A DNA stretch of 58,312 bases, taken from IMG/VR virus record IMGVR_UViG_3300017706_001678, positions 1 to 58,312 of that record. The stretch is one strand, 5' to 3'. Source of the stretch: a virus. Its lineage: Duplodnaviria > Caudoviricetes. The notes under the pieces were generated by a model. It saw only the letters and a program-made list of their open reading frames with translations, did not search any database and was not told where the DNA came from. Shown here in pieces: positions 37,266 to 47,500 of the stretch; within the stretch, counting starts at the first letter, position 1; each line of letters opens with the position of its first letter. The position numbers and the translations under genes are program-made.

Positions 37266-39809
37266 ATGAATTTTGATTATTACACCAACGTATCTCTCGT
37301 TGGCGACGGTATCTTATATCGTGGCATCAAAAATGGTGTCGAAATTAAGAATGTTGACAGATATCAACCCACTTTGTTTGTTCCAACTACAAATGAATCT
37401 AAATTCAAAACTCTCACCGGATCTTCGGTAGAATCAATTCATCCGGGATCAATCACGGACTGTCGTGATTTTGTTAACCAGTATGCAGGTGTTGATAATT
37501 TTACTGTATATGGAAATACAGATTATGTGTATCAATATATCGGTGATTGTTTTCCGGATGAGGTAAATTACAATTTTTCTGAAATACCAATTTGTTATAT
37601 GGACATCGAAACGACATGTGAGCGTGGTTTTCCTCAAGTAGAAAATCCACTCGAAGCAGTCATTGCTATTACAGTTTCTATGTCCGGTGAGACACATGTA
37701 TTTGGATTGGGCAACTTCAAGACAAATGCAAGAAAAACTTACTACTACAATTTTGCAACGGAAGAAGACTTACTACTTCACTTTATTGATTGGTGGGAAC
37801 AAAATCCTCCTCATATTGTGACTGGTTGGAATGTAAAGTTCTTTGATATTCCATATCTCGTGAGTCGTATTAAATTACTTCTTAAGCCTAAGAATGCAAA
37901 ACGTCTTTCCCCTTGGGGTAGACTTCGTGATAAGTATATCGAAAAGCAGGGTAAAAAGAATCTTGTCTATCAGATTCTCGGTGTTTCTATTGTAGATTAC
38001 TTCGATCTATATAAAACATTTACTTATGTAAATCAAGAATCATATAGACTTGATCACATCGCATTTGTTGAATTGGGTCAGCGTAAGTTGGATTATGGTG
38101 AATATGACTCAATCAAAGACTTCTATAAGAATGACTTTCAAAAGTTCATCGACTATAACATTCTTGATGTTAAATTGGTGGAGCGTTTAGAAGAAAAACT
38201 TAAGTTGATGGAACTTGCTGTTGCACTTGCATATGCAGCAAAAGTTAATTATGAGGACGTATTTTCTCAAGTTAGAACTTGGGATGCAATTATTTATCAT
38301 TATCTGCGAGAAAAGGATATTGTTATTCCACCGAAGAAGGGTGGTATAAAAAATGATCAGTATGCTGGTGCATACGTAAAAGATCCCATTGTGGGTCAAC
38401 ACGATTGGATTGTTTCCTTTGACTTGAACAGTCTATATCCCCACTTGATTATGCAGTATAATATTAGTCCCGAAACCTTGGTGCGTGATCATGGGGAATT
38501 ATCATTTGGTATTGGAGTCAATAATATACTTATGGGTGATGTTGACCATACGTACGCTGGGTGCTATGATAAGATAAAACAACTAAAAAAACTTGATCTC
38601 TCGGTTGCTGCAAACGGGACATTCTATCGCAAGGATAAGTATGGATTTCTTCCCGAGCTAATGGAGAAAATGTACGAAGAACGTAGCATGTATAAGAAGA
38701 AAATGCTTGAGTGTCAAAGGCAGAAGGAAAAAGATCCAGACAATAAGGAACTAGATTATAAGATTGCAAAGTTTAATAATTTTCAGATGGTTCGTAAAAT
38801 TCAATTGAACTCCGCTTATGGTGCTATCGGAAATCAGTGGTTTAGATACTATGATGTAGATATGGCAGAAGCAATCACACATTCTGGTCAGTTGAGTATT
38901 CGGTGGATTGCAGATAAATTAAATGTATTTTTAAATGAGCATGTGGGAACTAAAGATTACGATTACGTGGTTGCATCTGACACAGACTCTGTGTACTTGC
39001 GGGTAAATGAACTGGTTGACAAGTTTATCCCGAATAAAACCAAAGAAGAAACTGTCAACTTTTTGGATAAAGCATCCGAAAAAATTATTCAGCCTTTTAT
39101 TGACAAACAATACGCAGATTTGGCTGATATCATGAATGCGTATCAAAACAAAATGATTATGGGACGCGAAGTTATCGCGGAAAGAGGTATATGGACAGCA
39201 AAGAAAAGATATATGTTGAATGTGTGGGACAGCGAGGGTGTACGGTATGAACAACCAAAACTCAAAATCATGGGAATTGAAACTACCCGTTCTTCGACAC
39301 CGGCTATCGTCAGAGAAAAACTCAAAGAGTGTATCGGACTCATTCTCACGACAGATGAAGAGACGGTACAAAACCTCATCGTCGAATTTAAAGAAACTTT
39401 TTATAAAACGGAAGTGGAATCAGTAGCATTTCCTCGCGGTGTTTCCAATCTAGAAAAATATTCTAGTAGCACTGATATTTATTCTAAGGGAACGCCTATT
39501 GCAGTAAAGGGTGCTTTGATATATAATCATTTCATGAAGAAACTTAAACTTACACGAAAGTATGAGACAATCTTCGAAGGTGATAAAGTAAAGTTTGTTT
39601 ATTTGAAACAACCAAATCCAATTGGTGGTGCTCGTGGAGATCAGGTCGTTTCTTTCAAGACAGTTTTACCGAAAGAACTTTCCTTGGATGAATATATCGA
39701 TTATGATAAACAATTCACAAAGAGTTTTATCGATCCACTGAAAAACATTCTAGATGTTATCGGTTGGTCAACAGAAAAAGTCAGTACACTAGAAGAATTA
39801 TTCGGATAG
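37266..39809 (+). CDS. gp43: DNA polymerase family B, gp43
   Basis: Exonuclease DIET; SFDLNSLYPH, KIQLNSAYG, SDTDS, KKRY; uninterrupted 847 aa. Confidence 0.98.
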   Translation: MNFDYYTNVSLVGDGILYRGIKNGVEIKNVDRYQPTLFVPTTNESKFKTLTGSSVESIHPGSITDCRDFVNQYAGVDNFTVYGNTDYVYQYIGDCFPDEVNYNFSEIPICYMDIETTCERGFPQVENPLEAVIAITVSMSGETHVFGLGNFKTNARKTYYYNFATEEDLLLHFIDWWEQNPPHIVTGWNVKFFDIPYLVSRIKLLLKPKNAKRLSPWGRLRDKYIEKQGKKNLVYQILGVSIVDYFDLYKTFTYVNQESYRLDHIAFVELGQRKLDYGEYDSIKDFYKNDFQKFIDYNILDVKLVERLEEKLKLMELAVALAYAAKVNYEDVFSQVRTWDAIIYHYLREKDIVIPPKKGGIKNDQYAGAYVKDPIVGQHDWIVSFDLNSLYPHLIMQYNISPETLVRDHGELSFGIGVNNILMGDVDHTYAGCYDKIKQLKKLDLSVAANGTFYRKDKYGFLPELMEKMYEERSMYKKKMLECQRQKEKDPDNKELDYKIAKFNNFQMVRKIQLNSAYGAIGNQWFRYYDVDMAEAITHSGQLSIRWIADKLNVFLNEHVGTKDYDYVVASDTDSVYLRVNELVDKFIPNKTKEETVNFLDKASEKIIQPFIDKQYADLADIMNAYQNKMIMGREVIAERGIWTAKKRYMLNVWDSEGVRYEQPKLKIMGIETTRSSTPAIVREKLKECIGLILTTDEETVQNLIVEFKETFYKTEVESVAFPRGVSNLEKYSSSTDIYSKGTPIAVKGALIYNHFMKKLKLTRKYETIFEGDKVKFVYLKQPNPIGGARGDQVVSFKTVLPKELSLDEYIDYDKQFTKSFIDPLKNILDVIGWSTEKVSTLEELFG

Positions 39810-39817
39810 GAGAATAA

Positions 39818-40849
39818 ATGGAATTTTTGAACGATCTAATTAAAGAGTCAGGAAATAAGTATGCTAGCATCGTTGATCAGGGATTGGCAGGCGCTGACAT
39901 CGACGGATTCGTCGATACTGGTTGTTATATTTTTAATGCTATTCTTAGTGGGTCTATCTATGGAGGGATACCAGATAATAAAATCACTGCTATTGCTGGT
40001 GAGAGCACCACAGGAAAAACATATTTTACCCTTGGAATCGTTTCTAAATTTTTGCGGGATCGTCCTGATGGGGTTGTGCTTTATTTTGATTCTGAACAGG
40101 CAGTGACATCAGACATGATTAAGGGTAGAGGTATTGACACCAAACGTGTTGCAGTTATGCCTGTATCTACAGTAGAAGAGTTTCGACATCAGGCGATTAG
40201 TATCGTTGACAAGTACAACGACAGTAAAGATAAGAAACCAATGATGATTGTGTTAGATTCACTTGGTATGCTTTCTACTACCAAGGAAATGACAGATACT
40301 GCAGATGGTAAAGATACTAGAGACATGACTCGTGCCCAAGTTATCAAGGCCACATTCAGAGTTTTGACTCTTAAGTTGGGTGCAGCAGGCATTCCAATGA
40401 TTATGACTAATCACACTTATGCGTCGGTGGGTTCTATGTTCCCAACCAAAGAGATGAGTGGCGGTGCTGGTCTGAAGTATGCAGCATCAACGATTGTCTA
40501 TCTTTCTAAGAAGAAAGTTAAAGAGGGAACTGATGTAATTGGTAATATTGTTCATTGTAAACTTTATAAGTCTAGGCTTACTAAAGAAAATTCTATGGTC
40601 GATGTCATGCTTCATTATGACAAGGGTCTGGATGACTACTATGGACTGTTGACTCTTGCTTAAAAGTATGGTATAATTAAAAAGGTATCAACGAGGTATG
40701 AGTTTCCTGACGGCAGTAAAGTTTTTGAAAAGCATGTCTATAAGGATCCCAAAAAATATTTTACAGATGATATCATGAAGCAACTCGACGAAGCTGCAAG
40801 TAAAGAATTCAAGTACGGTGAACTGAAAGTAGAAGAACCTGATGAGTGA
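39818..40849 (+). pseudogene. uvsX: UvsX (RecA-like) recombinase with one in-frame TAA at 40661-40663 (true nonsense allele or sequence error)
   Basis: [24 protein letters not shown]; after LLTLA* the same frame reads KYGIIKKVSTRYEFPDG...YFTDDIMKQLDEAASKEFKYG to TGA at 40849 (343 codons in total). Confidence 0.85.
40649..40677 (+). promoter_or_regulatory. Near-consensus sigma70-type promoter inside uvsX, upstream of gp41
   Basis: TTGACT-N17-TATAAT with extended -10 TG. Confidence 0.5.
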
Positions 40850-42242
40850 TCTATCAAGATTGATTCTGTCTAATTTAGCATATAATGATTCATTTTCTCG
40901 TAAAGTTTCTCCGTTCTTATCGGATGAATACTTTGAGTCTAAAACTGACAAAGTGGTATATAAAATTTTGTCGGATTTTATTAAGGAGTATAATGTTACT
41001 CCAACAAAGGATGCGATTCTAATATGTCTAGATAAAGTAGATGAGTTAAATGAAGATTCATTTAAGTCATGTAAAGATCTTGTTGATACATTACATGTTG
41101 ATGATAAAACAGATCAAGAGTGGTTAGTAAAAGAAACAGAAACATACTGCAAGGAAAGGTCTATCTATAATGCGATCATGGAATCGATCCACATCATTGA
41201 CGGCAAATCGAAATCAAAGACAGAGAATGCAATCCCAAGCATCTTATCGGACGCCCTCGCAGTCTCCTTCGACGCCCACATCGGACACGACTACATCGAA
41301 GACTGTGAAGAAAGATACGACTTCTACAACGAAGTAGAAACTAAAGTCGGTTTTGATTTAGATTATATGAATAGAATTACGGGTGGAGGTACTCCACAAA
41401 AAACACTTAATATTGTTATGGCTGGTACTGGTGTCGGTAAGTCTCTGTTCTTGTGTCATCATGCTGCTGCTTGTCTGTCACAAAATCAAAATGTTCTTTA
41501 CATTACATGCGAAATGGCAGAAGAAAGAATTGCAGAAAGAATTGATGCAAACCTTTTTGATATGCCCATTGACGAGATAAGTGATCTCCCCAAGGAAATG
41601 TATAAGAGTAAGTTAAAGAAAATCTCTGATCATGTTAAAGGTAAGTTGATTATCAAAGAGTACCCTACCGCATCTGCTGGTTCTACACACTTTAGAAATC
41701 TTCTTGATGAACTCTGGTTGAAACGAAAGTTTAAGCCGGATATTATTTTTATTGATTATCTAAATATCTGCACATCATCCAGACTAAAGAATAATGGTGC
41801 AGTTAACTCATACACTTTTGTGAAGGCTATTGCAGAAGAACTGCGTGGTCTTGCAATCGAAAAGAATGTTCCTATATTCTCTGCAACACAGGTAAATCGG
41901 TCGGGGTTTAACAACTCTGATATGGGTCTTGAAGATACGAGTGAATCGTTTGGTCTTCCTCAAACTGCAGATCTCATGTTTGCTTTGATCTCCACCGAAG
42001 AATTGGAAGAACGAGAACAAATTATGGTGAAACAACTAAAGAATCGGTACAATGATCCTGCAAAGAATAGAAAGTTTGTTCTTGGTATTAATCGAGGTAA
42101 GATGAAACTATATGATGTTGATCTAGAAGAACAGCATGGAATTGTAAATTCAAATCAAACCAATCAGGAAACTGCAGCATCTGGATATGATATATCGTTT
42201 AATGATAAATTCAAAAAGTCCGATCTTTCTGCATGGAAATAA
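40842..42242 (+). CDS. gp41: Replicative DNA helicase gp41 (DnaB-like)
   Basis: AGTGVGKS, EMAEERIAERID, IDYLNI, SESFGLP, QLKNRY. Confidence 0.96.
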   Translation: MSDLSRLILSNLAYNDSFSRKVSPFLSDEYFESKTDKVVYKILSDFIKEYNVTPTKDAILICLDKVDELNEDSFKSCKDLVDTLHVDDKTDQEWLVKETETYCKERSIYNAIMESIHIIDGKSKSKTENAIPSILSDALAVSFDAHIGHDYIEDCEERYDFYNEVETKVGFDLDYMNRITGGGTPQKTLNIVMAGTGVGKSLFLCHHAAACLSQNQNVLYITCEMAEERIAERIDANLFDMPIDEISDLPKEMYKSKLKKISDHVKGKLIIKEYPTASAGSTHFRNLLDELWLKRKFKPDIIFIDYLNICTSSRLKNNGAVNSYTFVKAIAEELRGLAIEKNVPIFSATQVNRSGFNNSDMGLEDTSESFGLPQTADLMFALISTEELEEREQIMVKQLKNRYNDPAKNRKFVLGINRGKMKLYDVDLEEQHGIVNSNQTNQETAASGYDISFNDKFKKSDLSAWK

Positions 42243-42244
42243 TA

Positions 42245-43300
42245 ATGACATCTTTTATTGATAAAAAATACATTAATATACTCTCTGGTCAACTAGATAA
42301 ATTTAAGTGGGCTAAGAATAATCTAGCAAACTGTAGATGTCCAATTTGTGGGGATTCACAAAAAAATAAAACTAAAGCTAGATTTTATTTCTTTGAGAGT
42401 AAGAATAAATATTTTGTTAAGTGTCATAATTGCGGCTACTCATCTGACATGTTTGGTTTTTTAGATAAGGTAGATGTTAATCTTAAAAAAGAATATTCTA
42501 TAGAATTATGGAAAGAAAAAAATGGAACTAAAAGAAGTAAAATATCAGAAAGCGAAATGAATTCTATGTTTAGTAAACCAAAGTTTAAACCAAAGCATGA
42601 TTTACTAAAACCATTAATTTGTATTAATGACCTAGAAGAAAACCATATCTGCCGACAGTTCGTGGACATGAGAAAGATCCCGAAGAAGTTCTACAGTATG
42701 TTGTACTTTACTGATAACTTCTATGGGTATATGAAAAAGGTTGATCCTGAATTAAATCCTTCATTGGTCACAAAACCAGAACCACGACTCGTTATTCCTT
42801 TCTTCGACAAGAAGGATAATGTAGTTGCGGTTCAGGGTCGGTCGTTGTCGATGAAGGATGAGTACAATGCCCGCACTACCTTACGGTATATTACTGTGAA
42901 GTCGGATAAATCAATTGAACGACTCTGGTATGGTATGTGGCGTGCAAACCCAAAGAAGCGTGTGTATGTCGTCGAGGGTCCATTAGACAGTCTCTTCATC
43001 GACAACACCGTTGCTATGGTGGGTGCAGCATCAGTGCAGAACGAACCTGCTCGTTTTGCAAACACTGATATGGTTTATGTTCTTGATAATGAACCACGCA
43101 ATCCCCAGATTGTGAAGTTTAATGAGAACCTAATTAATCAGGGAAAGACAGTATGTATTTGGCCGAATGGTATGAAAGATAAAGATATTAACGATATGAT
43201 CTATAGGTTTACTCCAAAACAAATAAAAAAAATAATGAATGATAATGCTGTTTCCGGACTGGAAGCAATGATGCGTCTTAACAGATGGAGAAAGGTATAA
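42245..43300 (+). CDS. gp61: DNA primase gp61
   Basis: CPICGDS...CHNC zinc finger, VEGPLDSLF, DNEPRN, KDINDM (TOPRIM). Confidence 0.95.
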   Translation: MTSFIDKKYINILSGQLDKFKWAKNNLANCRCPICGDSQKNKTKARFYFFESKNKYFVKCHNCGYSSDMFGFLDKVDVNLKKEYSIELWKEKNGTKRSKISESEMNSMFSKPKFKPKHDLLKPLICINDLEENHICRQFVDMRKIPKKFYSMLYFTDNFYGYMKKVDPELNPSLVTKPEPRLVIPFFDKKDNVVAVQGRSLSMKDEYNARTTLRYITVKSDKSIERLWYGMWRANPKKRVYVVEGPLDSLFIDNTVAMVGAASVQNEPARFANTDMVYVLDNEPRNPQIVKFNENLINQGKTVCIWPNGMKDKDINDMIYRFTPKQIKKIMNDNAVSGLEAMMRLNRWRKV

Positions 43301-43301
43301 T

Positions 43302-44027
43302 ATGAGTGAGAAGGTATTAGATAAGGGACATGTTGAATTGGTAGACCACATGGGTTCAGACCTCATGGTGTGTAACGCCGCACGGGTTTCGTTCTCAAAG
43401 GACACCGAGTGGGAGATTGACGAGGAAGCAGTGAGGAGACTGCGTGAGAGTGGATCCTCGTACCACCCAGAGGATGTACAGAAGTTAGGTGAAAGGGATG
43501 TGAAGTTGTTGAAGTATCTGGCGACTCACCAACACTGGACGCCGTTTGCACATCCTCAGATTACGCTGCGTGTGAAGGCGCCTGTGTCGATTCGCACACA
43601 AATGTTCAAGCACAAACAGGGCTTCGTGGAGAATGAAATCTCTCGCCGTTATGTTTCGTTTGAACCAGAGTTCTACAATCCCAAGTGGAGAGGTAAACCG
43701 AAGAATGGTGCTAAACAGGGAAGTGATGATTTCATAGAAATACAGGATGAAATCCAGCAAACTTATAATAGTATGCTTATTGGGTGTCTCCGTAATTATT
43801 ATGATCTACTTGATGCTGGAGTAGCACCAGAACAAGCAAGGTTCATTCTTCCCCAAGGAATGTATACCGAGTGGTATTGGACTGGTTCGCTTGCTGCTTA
43901 TGCTCGGTTTTATAAGCAAAGAATCGATGAACATGCACAATATGAAGTAAGAGAATATGCAAAATCAATCGGTGTTTTAATTTCTAGACTTTTCCCAGTT
44001 TCTTGGAAGTGCCTCACTACTAAATAG
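43302..44027 (+). CDS. thyX: Flavin-dependent thymidylate synthase ThyX
   Basis: NAARVSF, HWTPF, KH...NEISRRYV, GVAPEQARFILPQ, HAQYEVR. Confidence 0.93.
   Translation: MSEKVLDKGHVELVDHMGSDLMVCNAARVSFSKDTEWEIDEEAVRRLRESGSSYHPEDVQKLGERDVKLLKYLATHQHWTPFAHPQITLRVKAPVSIRTQMFKHKQGFVENEISRRYVSFEPEFYNPKWRGKPKNGAKQGSDDFIEIQDEIQQTYNSMLIGCLRNYYDLLDAGVAPEQARFILPQGMYTEWYWTGSLAAYARFYKQRIDEHAQYEVREYAKSIGVLISRLFPVSWKCLTTK
44019..44026 (+). promoter_or_regulatory. Late-promoter-like element heading the second structural block
   Basis: ACTAAATA ~28 bp before ORF 44054; a similar CCTAAATA at 51343-51350 precedes its paralogue. Confidence 0.45.
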
Positions 44028-44053
44028 AGTGAAGCTTTTTTATAGGAATTGAT

Positions 44054-44542
44054 ATGTCTGCAGATTTATCGAATTATGACATTTATGTTTATAGGGGGAA
44101 TACCTATAAATTAGATTTTTGTTATACGGACAATAATAATGTTGGTATAGATTTATCTAATTATGAAGCAAAAATGCAAATTAGACGAACACCAGACTCC
44201 GAATATTTACTTGCTGAGATTATAGAAAATTATCCAACAGGAAGTTTTGGTAGGGGATTGTCTGGAGATTTTGTTAGTGGTTCTGGGACTACTGGTTATA
44301 CTGGGGGTCTAATATTAAATTACTCAGGAACTACTGGGGATGTACATATTCATATAGATGGAGAAACAACCTATGGTATTCCCGTAGGTAAGTATAACTA
44401 CGACTTACAATTGAATAATTCTATAACAGGAATACGAACTACAATATTACGAGGTAGATTTGAAATTTTAACAGTTTCGAATATAGTAGAACGCTCTGCT
44501 CCTATATTCTCTGGAGAGGGATTAATTGGAGGTAGCGAGTAA
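44054..44542 (+). CDS. Virion adaptor-like protein, paralogue of ORF 51366
   Basis: G.TY.L.F.Y.D....DLS...A.M.IRR...YDL.L......IL.G.FE pattern. Confidence 0.65.
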   Translation: MSADLSNYDIYVYRGNTYKLDFCYTDNNNVGIDLSNYEAKMQIRRTPDSEYLLAEIIENYPTGSFGRGLSGDFVSGSGTTGYTGGLILNYSGTTGDVHIHIDGETTYGIPVGKYNYDLQLNNSITGIRTTILRGRFEILTVSNIVERSAPIFSGEGLIGGSE

Positions 44543-47500
44543 TGGTATATTGGTCTGAGGGTGATATAATACAACCTTATTTTTCTCTATCCGGATATCC
44601 ACCCCCAACAGTTCAGGGATATCAATGGTTAAGTAACGATAGTATACTCGTGGGATATACTGGTAATACTTATCAGATAGGCACTGCTGATATTGGAAAT
44701 ATAATATCAGTTAATATTACAGCTATTAATTTCTATGGTTCTACTATATCTAACATATCAATTGGTGATGCTGTTACTGGTAGTACTACTGATTTTGCTC
44801 CATTTTTTACTGGAACACCCAACGCATCTGCGGTTGGACAAACTACTTTCACACAAGTATTTATTGATGATATTGGTTCGACTGGAAATCCTCCGCCAAT
44901 AGTATCTTACCGATGGTCACAAAATGGTAGTATAATTAATGGAGCAGTAAATCAGTCATACACACCAACTATTACTGGACCATTGCTAGGTAACATAACT
45001 CTATCAAATTATGTCGGTTCTACTGGTGCCACTATAGACTTTGGTACAGTTATTGAGTCGGGTGACTTTGCTCCAACCTTTACTGGAACTCCCCAAGGGT
45101 CTACTCTGACCCCAGACGTAGGAGAAAGATTGGAATTTCTCAACTATGGTTCTACGGGAGTTCCTGAACCTGTCACATCTTTCCAGTGGTATGATGATGA
45201 TGTTGTTATCTCTGGTGCTACTGGATATGCATATGTTGTTGGTGCTACTGGTGAACTTGCAGGTGCGAAGAAGACAATCATAGTTACTGTCGGGCTTGCT
45301 GCGGGTGGTAATGATGGAAACCGGTTTTACTTTGATGGCGTACAAAATCCTGTAGACTATCCATTAACCAGAGGTGTTGAATATATATTCGATCAATCTG
45401 ATAGTTCAAACGGTACTCATCCATTGGTTCTTAAAAATGGTGGTGATAACTATTCTTGGACAACAGACACAAATCCCGGCGGAGAATTGTCCAATGGTAT
45501 TGGTGTAAGAACATTAATTGTTCCCGCTGATGCACCAGCATCACTGACATATGTCTGCAATATTCACGGTCCCGGAATGGGAAATTCTATTACTGTTACA
45601 GATGTTATTAATAGTACTATAGCCGGACATATAGATGGTGTTGTTACTATTACGAATGAATTGGGATCTGCTGGAGAAACAGTAGATTTTGGTATTATTG
45701 GTTCTGAATTAGTTGTCCCATCCTTCACTGGAACACCTAGTGCATCTGTCTTTGGACAAACTGCCGGATTTGCAGTGACTATTCAGAATGTTGGCGCAAC
45801 AGGATACCCCCCACCATCAACAACATACTACTGGACTCAAAATGGTAGTATAATCAATGGTGCGGGTGGTCAATCATACACACCGAGTGATACTGGACGG
45901 TTATTTGGTAATGTAACTATAACAAACGGTTCCGGATCTACCGGCGCAACGGTGGACTTTGGTGATATTATTGCATCACCGGGATCATTTTGGGAACCAT
46001 TTAGTGTTGCACAGTCAGAAATTAGTTCACTGTCTGAAAATCAAAACATTGACTTTGGTATTCGTAAGTTTGCTGCGTCAAATTCAGACCATCTAGCAGA
46101 TGGAATTAGCCTCACGGCACGGAGTGTGGGGATTTCTGGTGGTCGATTTAGTATGGCTAAAACTGCAACTTGGGTTGATATTGGGGATGGTGTGTATGCA
46201 GCAGACCACGACTTCAGTGACTATGAATCGTTGATGTTCTATCTGATGGATGGAAATGCATCAACCAAACCTCTACTCGCAGTCAATCCATCACCACCAT
46301 CCGAAATGGACCCGTATCGTTTCTGTTACAATGGTAATTGGTTTACCGTAAACAAACAGTCGGCTGGCATCACTAATGGTATTGTTCATACAGTCGCAGG
46401 TGATAATGCGTACAACGAAACCATCCTTGGATGGACGATCACTGATGCAACACTCAAGTCGCAGGTCAACGATATTCTAGCGGGTGTTACGGTAGGGATC
46501 ACGGCTGGGCCGTGGACACTGATTCACTCCTCATCAAACACCGTATCAGCGGCAAGAATTGAGTCTTGGGACAATACGAGCGGTGGTTTAACCCTTGCAG
46601 CACTCGGTGGTGGGAGTCTGACAACTTATCTAACGTACCTAGACTTTGCCATATGTGGTATTCCCGGTCAGACACTTAAAAGTGGTGAGTATACATGGGA
46701 TCTCACGAATGGTGTCACAGCAGCGCGGGCTTTATATAGACCTGCAAACGGCGATGCTTCAGATGCACGAATCCCAGTCAGTGATTATTGCTTCAAACTT
46801 GGTGGTGGAGCAGGGGTTGGTGTTACATTAGAAAATGTGATAATGGAAGGACAGGCTTTAAGGGGTAGTGCAGCAGGTGTAATTCGGGATAACGGAGCAT
46901 ATGGTTCTGCTGTCGTCTCCAACTGCTCAATCACCGATGGAAGTCGGTTCGCAAGAATCAACTACACACCCATAACATTCGACAAGTGTGTCATGAGAAG
47001 ATGTAGTGGTCGTGGTGCTGCCGTGCGTGATGGTAGTACGTTCACAAACAACATCATAGATCATGTTGAAAGTTTCTCTGGTGTTCTTATACAGACGGCT
47101 ACCCCAACGTCTGACCTCAAACACTCGCACATAGAGAACAATGTATTCTCTCTCGAAGCGTCTACTCACGGTCAGGGATTGTCTTTGTATAAGGACTCAT
47201 GGCGTAATGCGACAGTTAAACACAACATTTTCTATAATTGTCAAAGGGCACACTCTTTCCAGCCACTCGATGGAGCAGGCATCGGTGTGACTCTGGCATA
47301 TGGATATACGTTCGAGAACAACCTCGTCGTCGTCGATAAGGTTCTTGATATTCAGGGTTTCCTATCAGGACAAAAAACAATTTCGTTCAACGGAGCACCA
47401 GACACAGGATTGAGTGGAAGCACTGGCGCCCAAACTGTTACCATTCGTAACAATACATCTGTCATAACAGATCTAGTTCCAACAACATTCACACTTTCGA

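Noticed and set aside
40661-40663. Stop-codon reassignment (alternative genetic code)
   Set aside because: Only one interrupted gene; TAA, TAG and TGA all terminate conserved genes at the expected positions
37266-44027. Introns, inteins or homing endonucleases in gp43, gp41, gp61 or thyX
   Set aside because: The proteins have normal lengths and contiguous motifs
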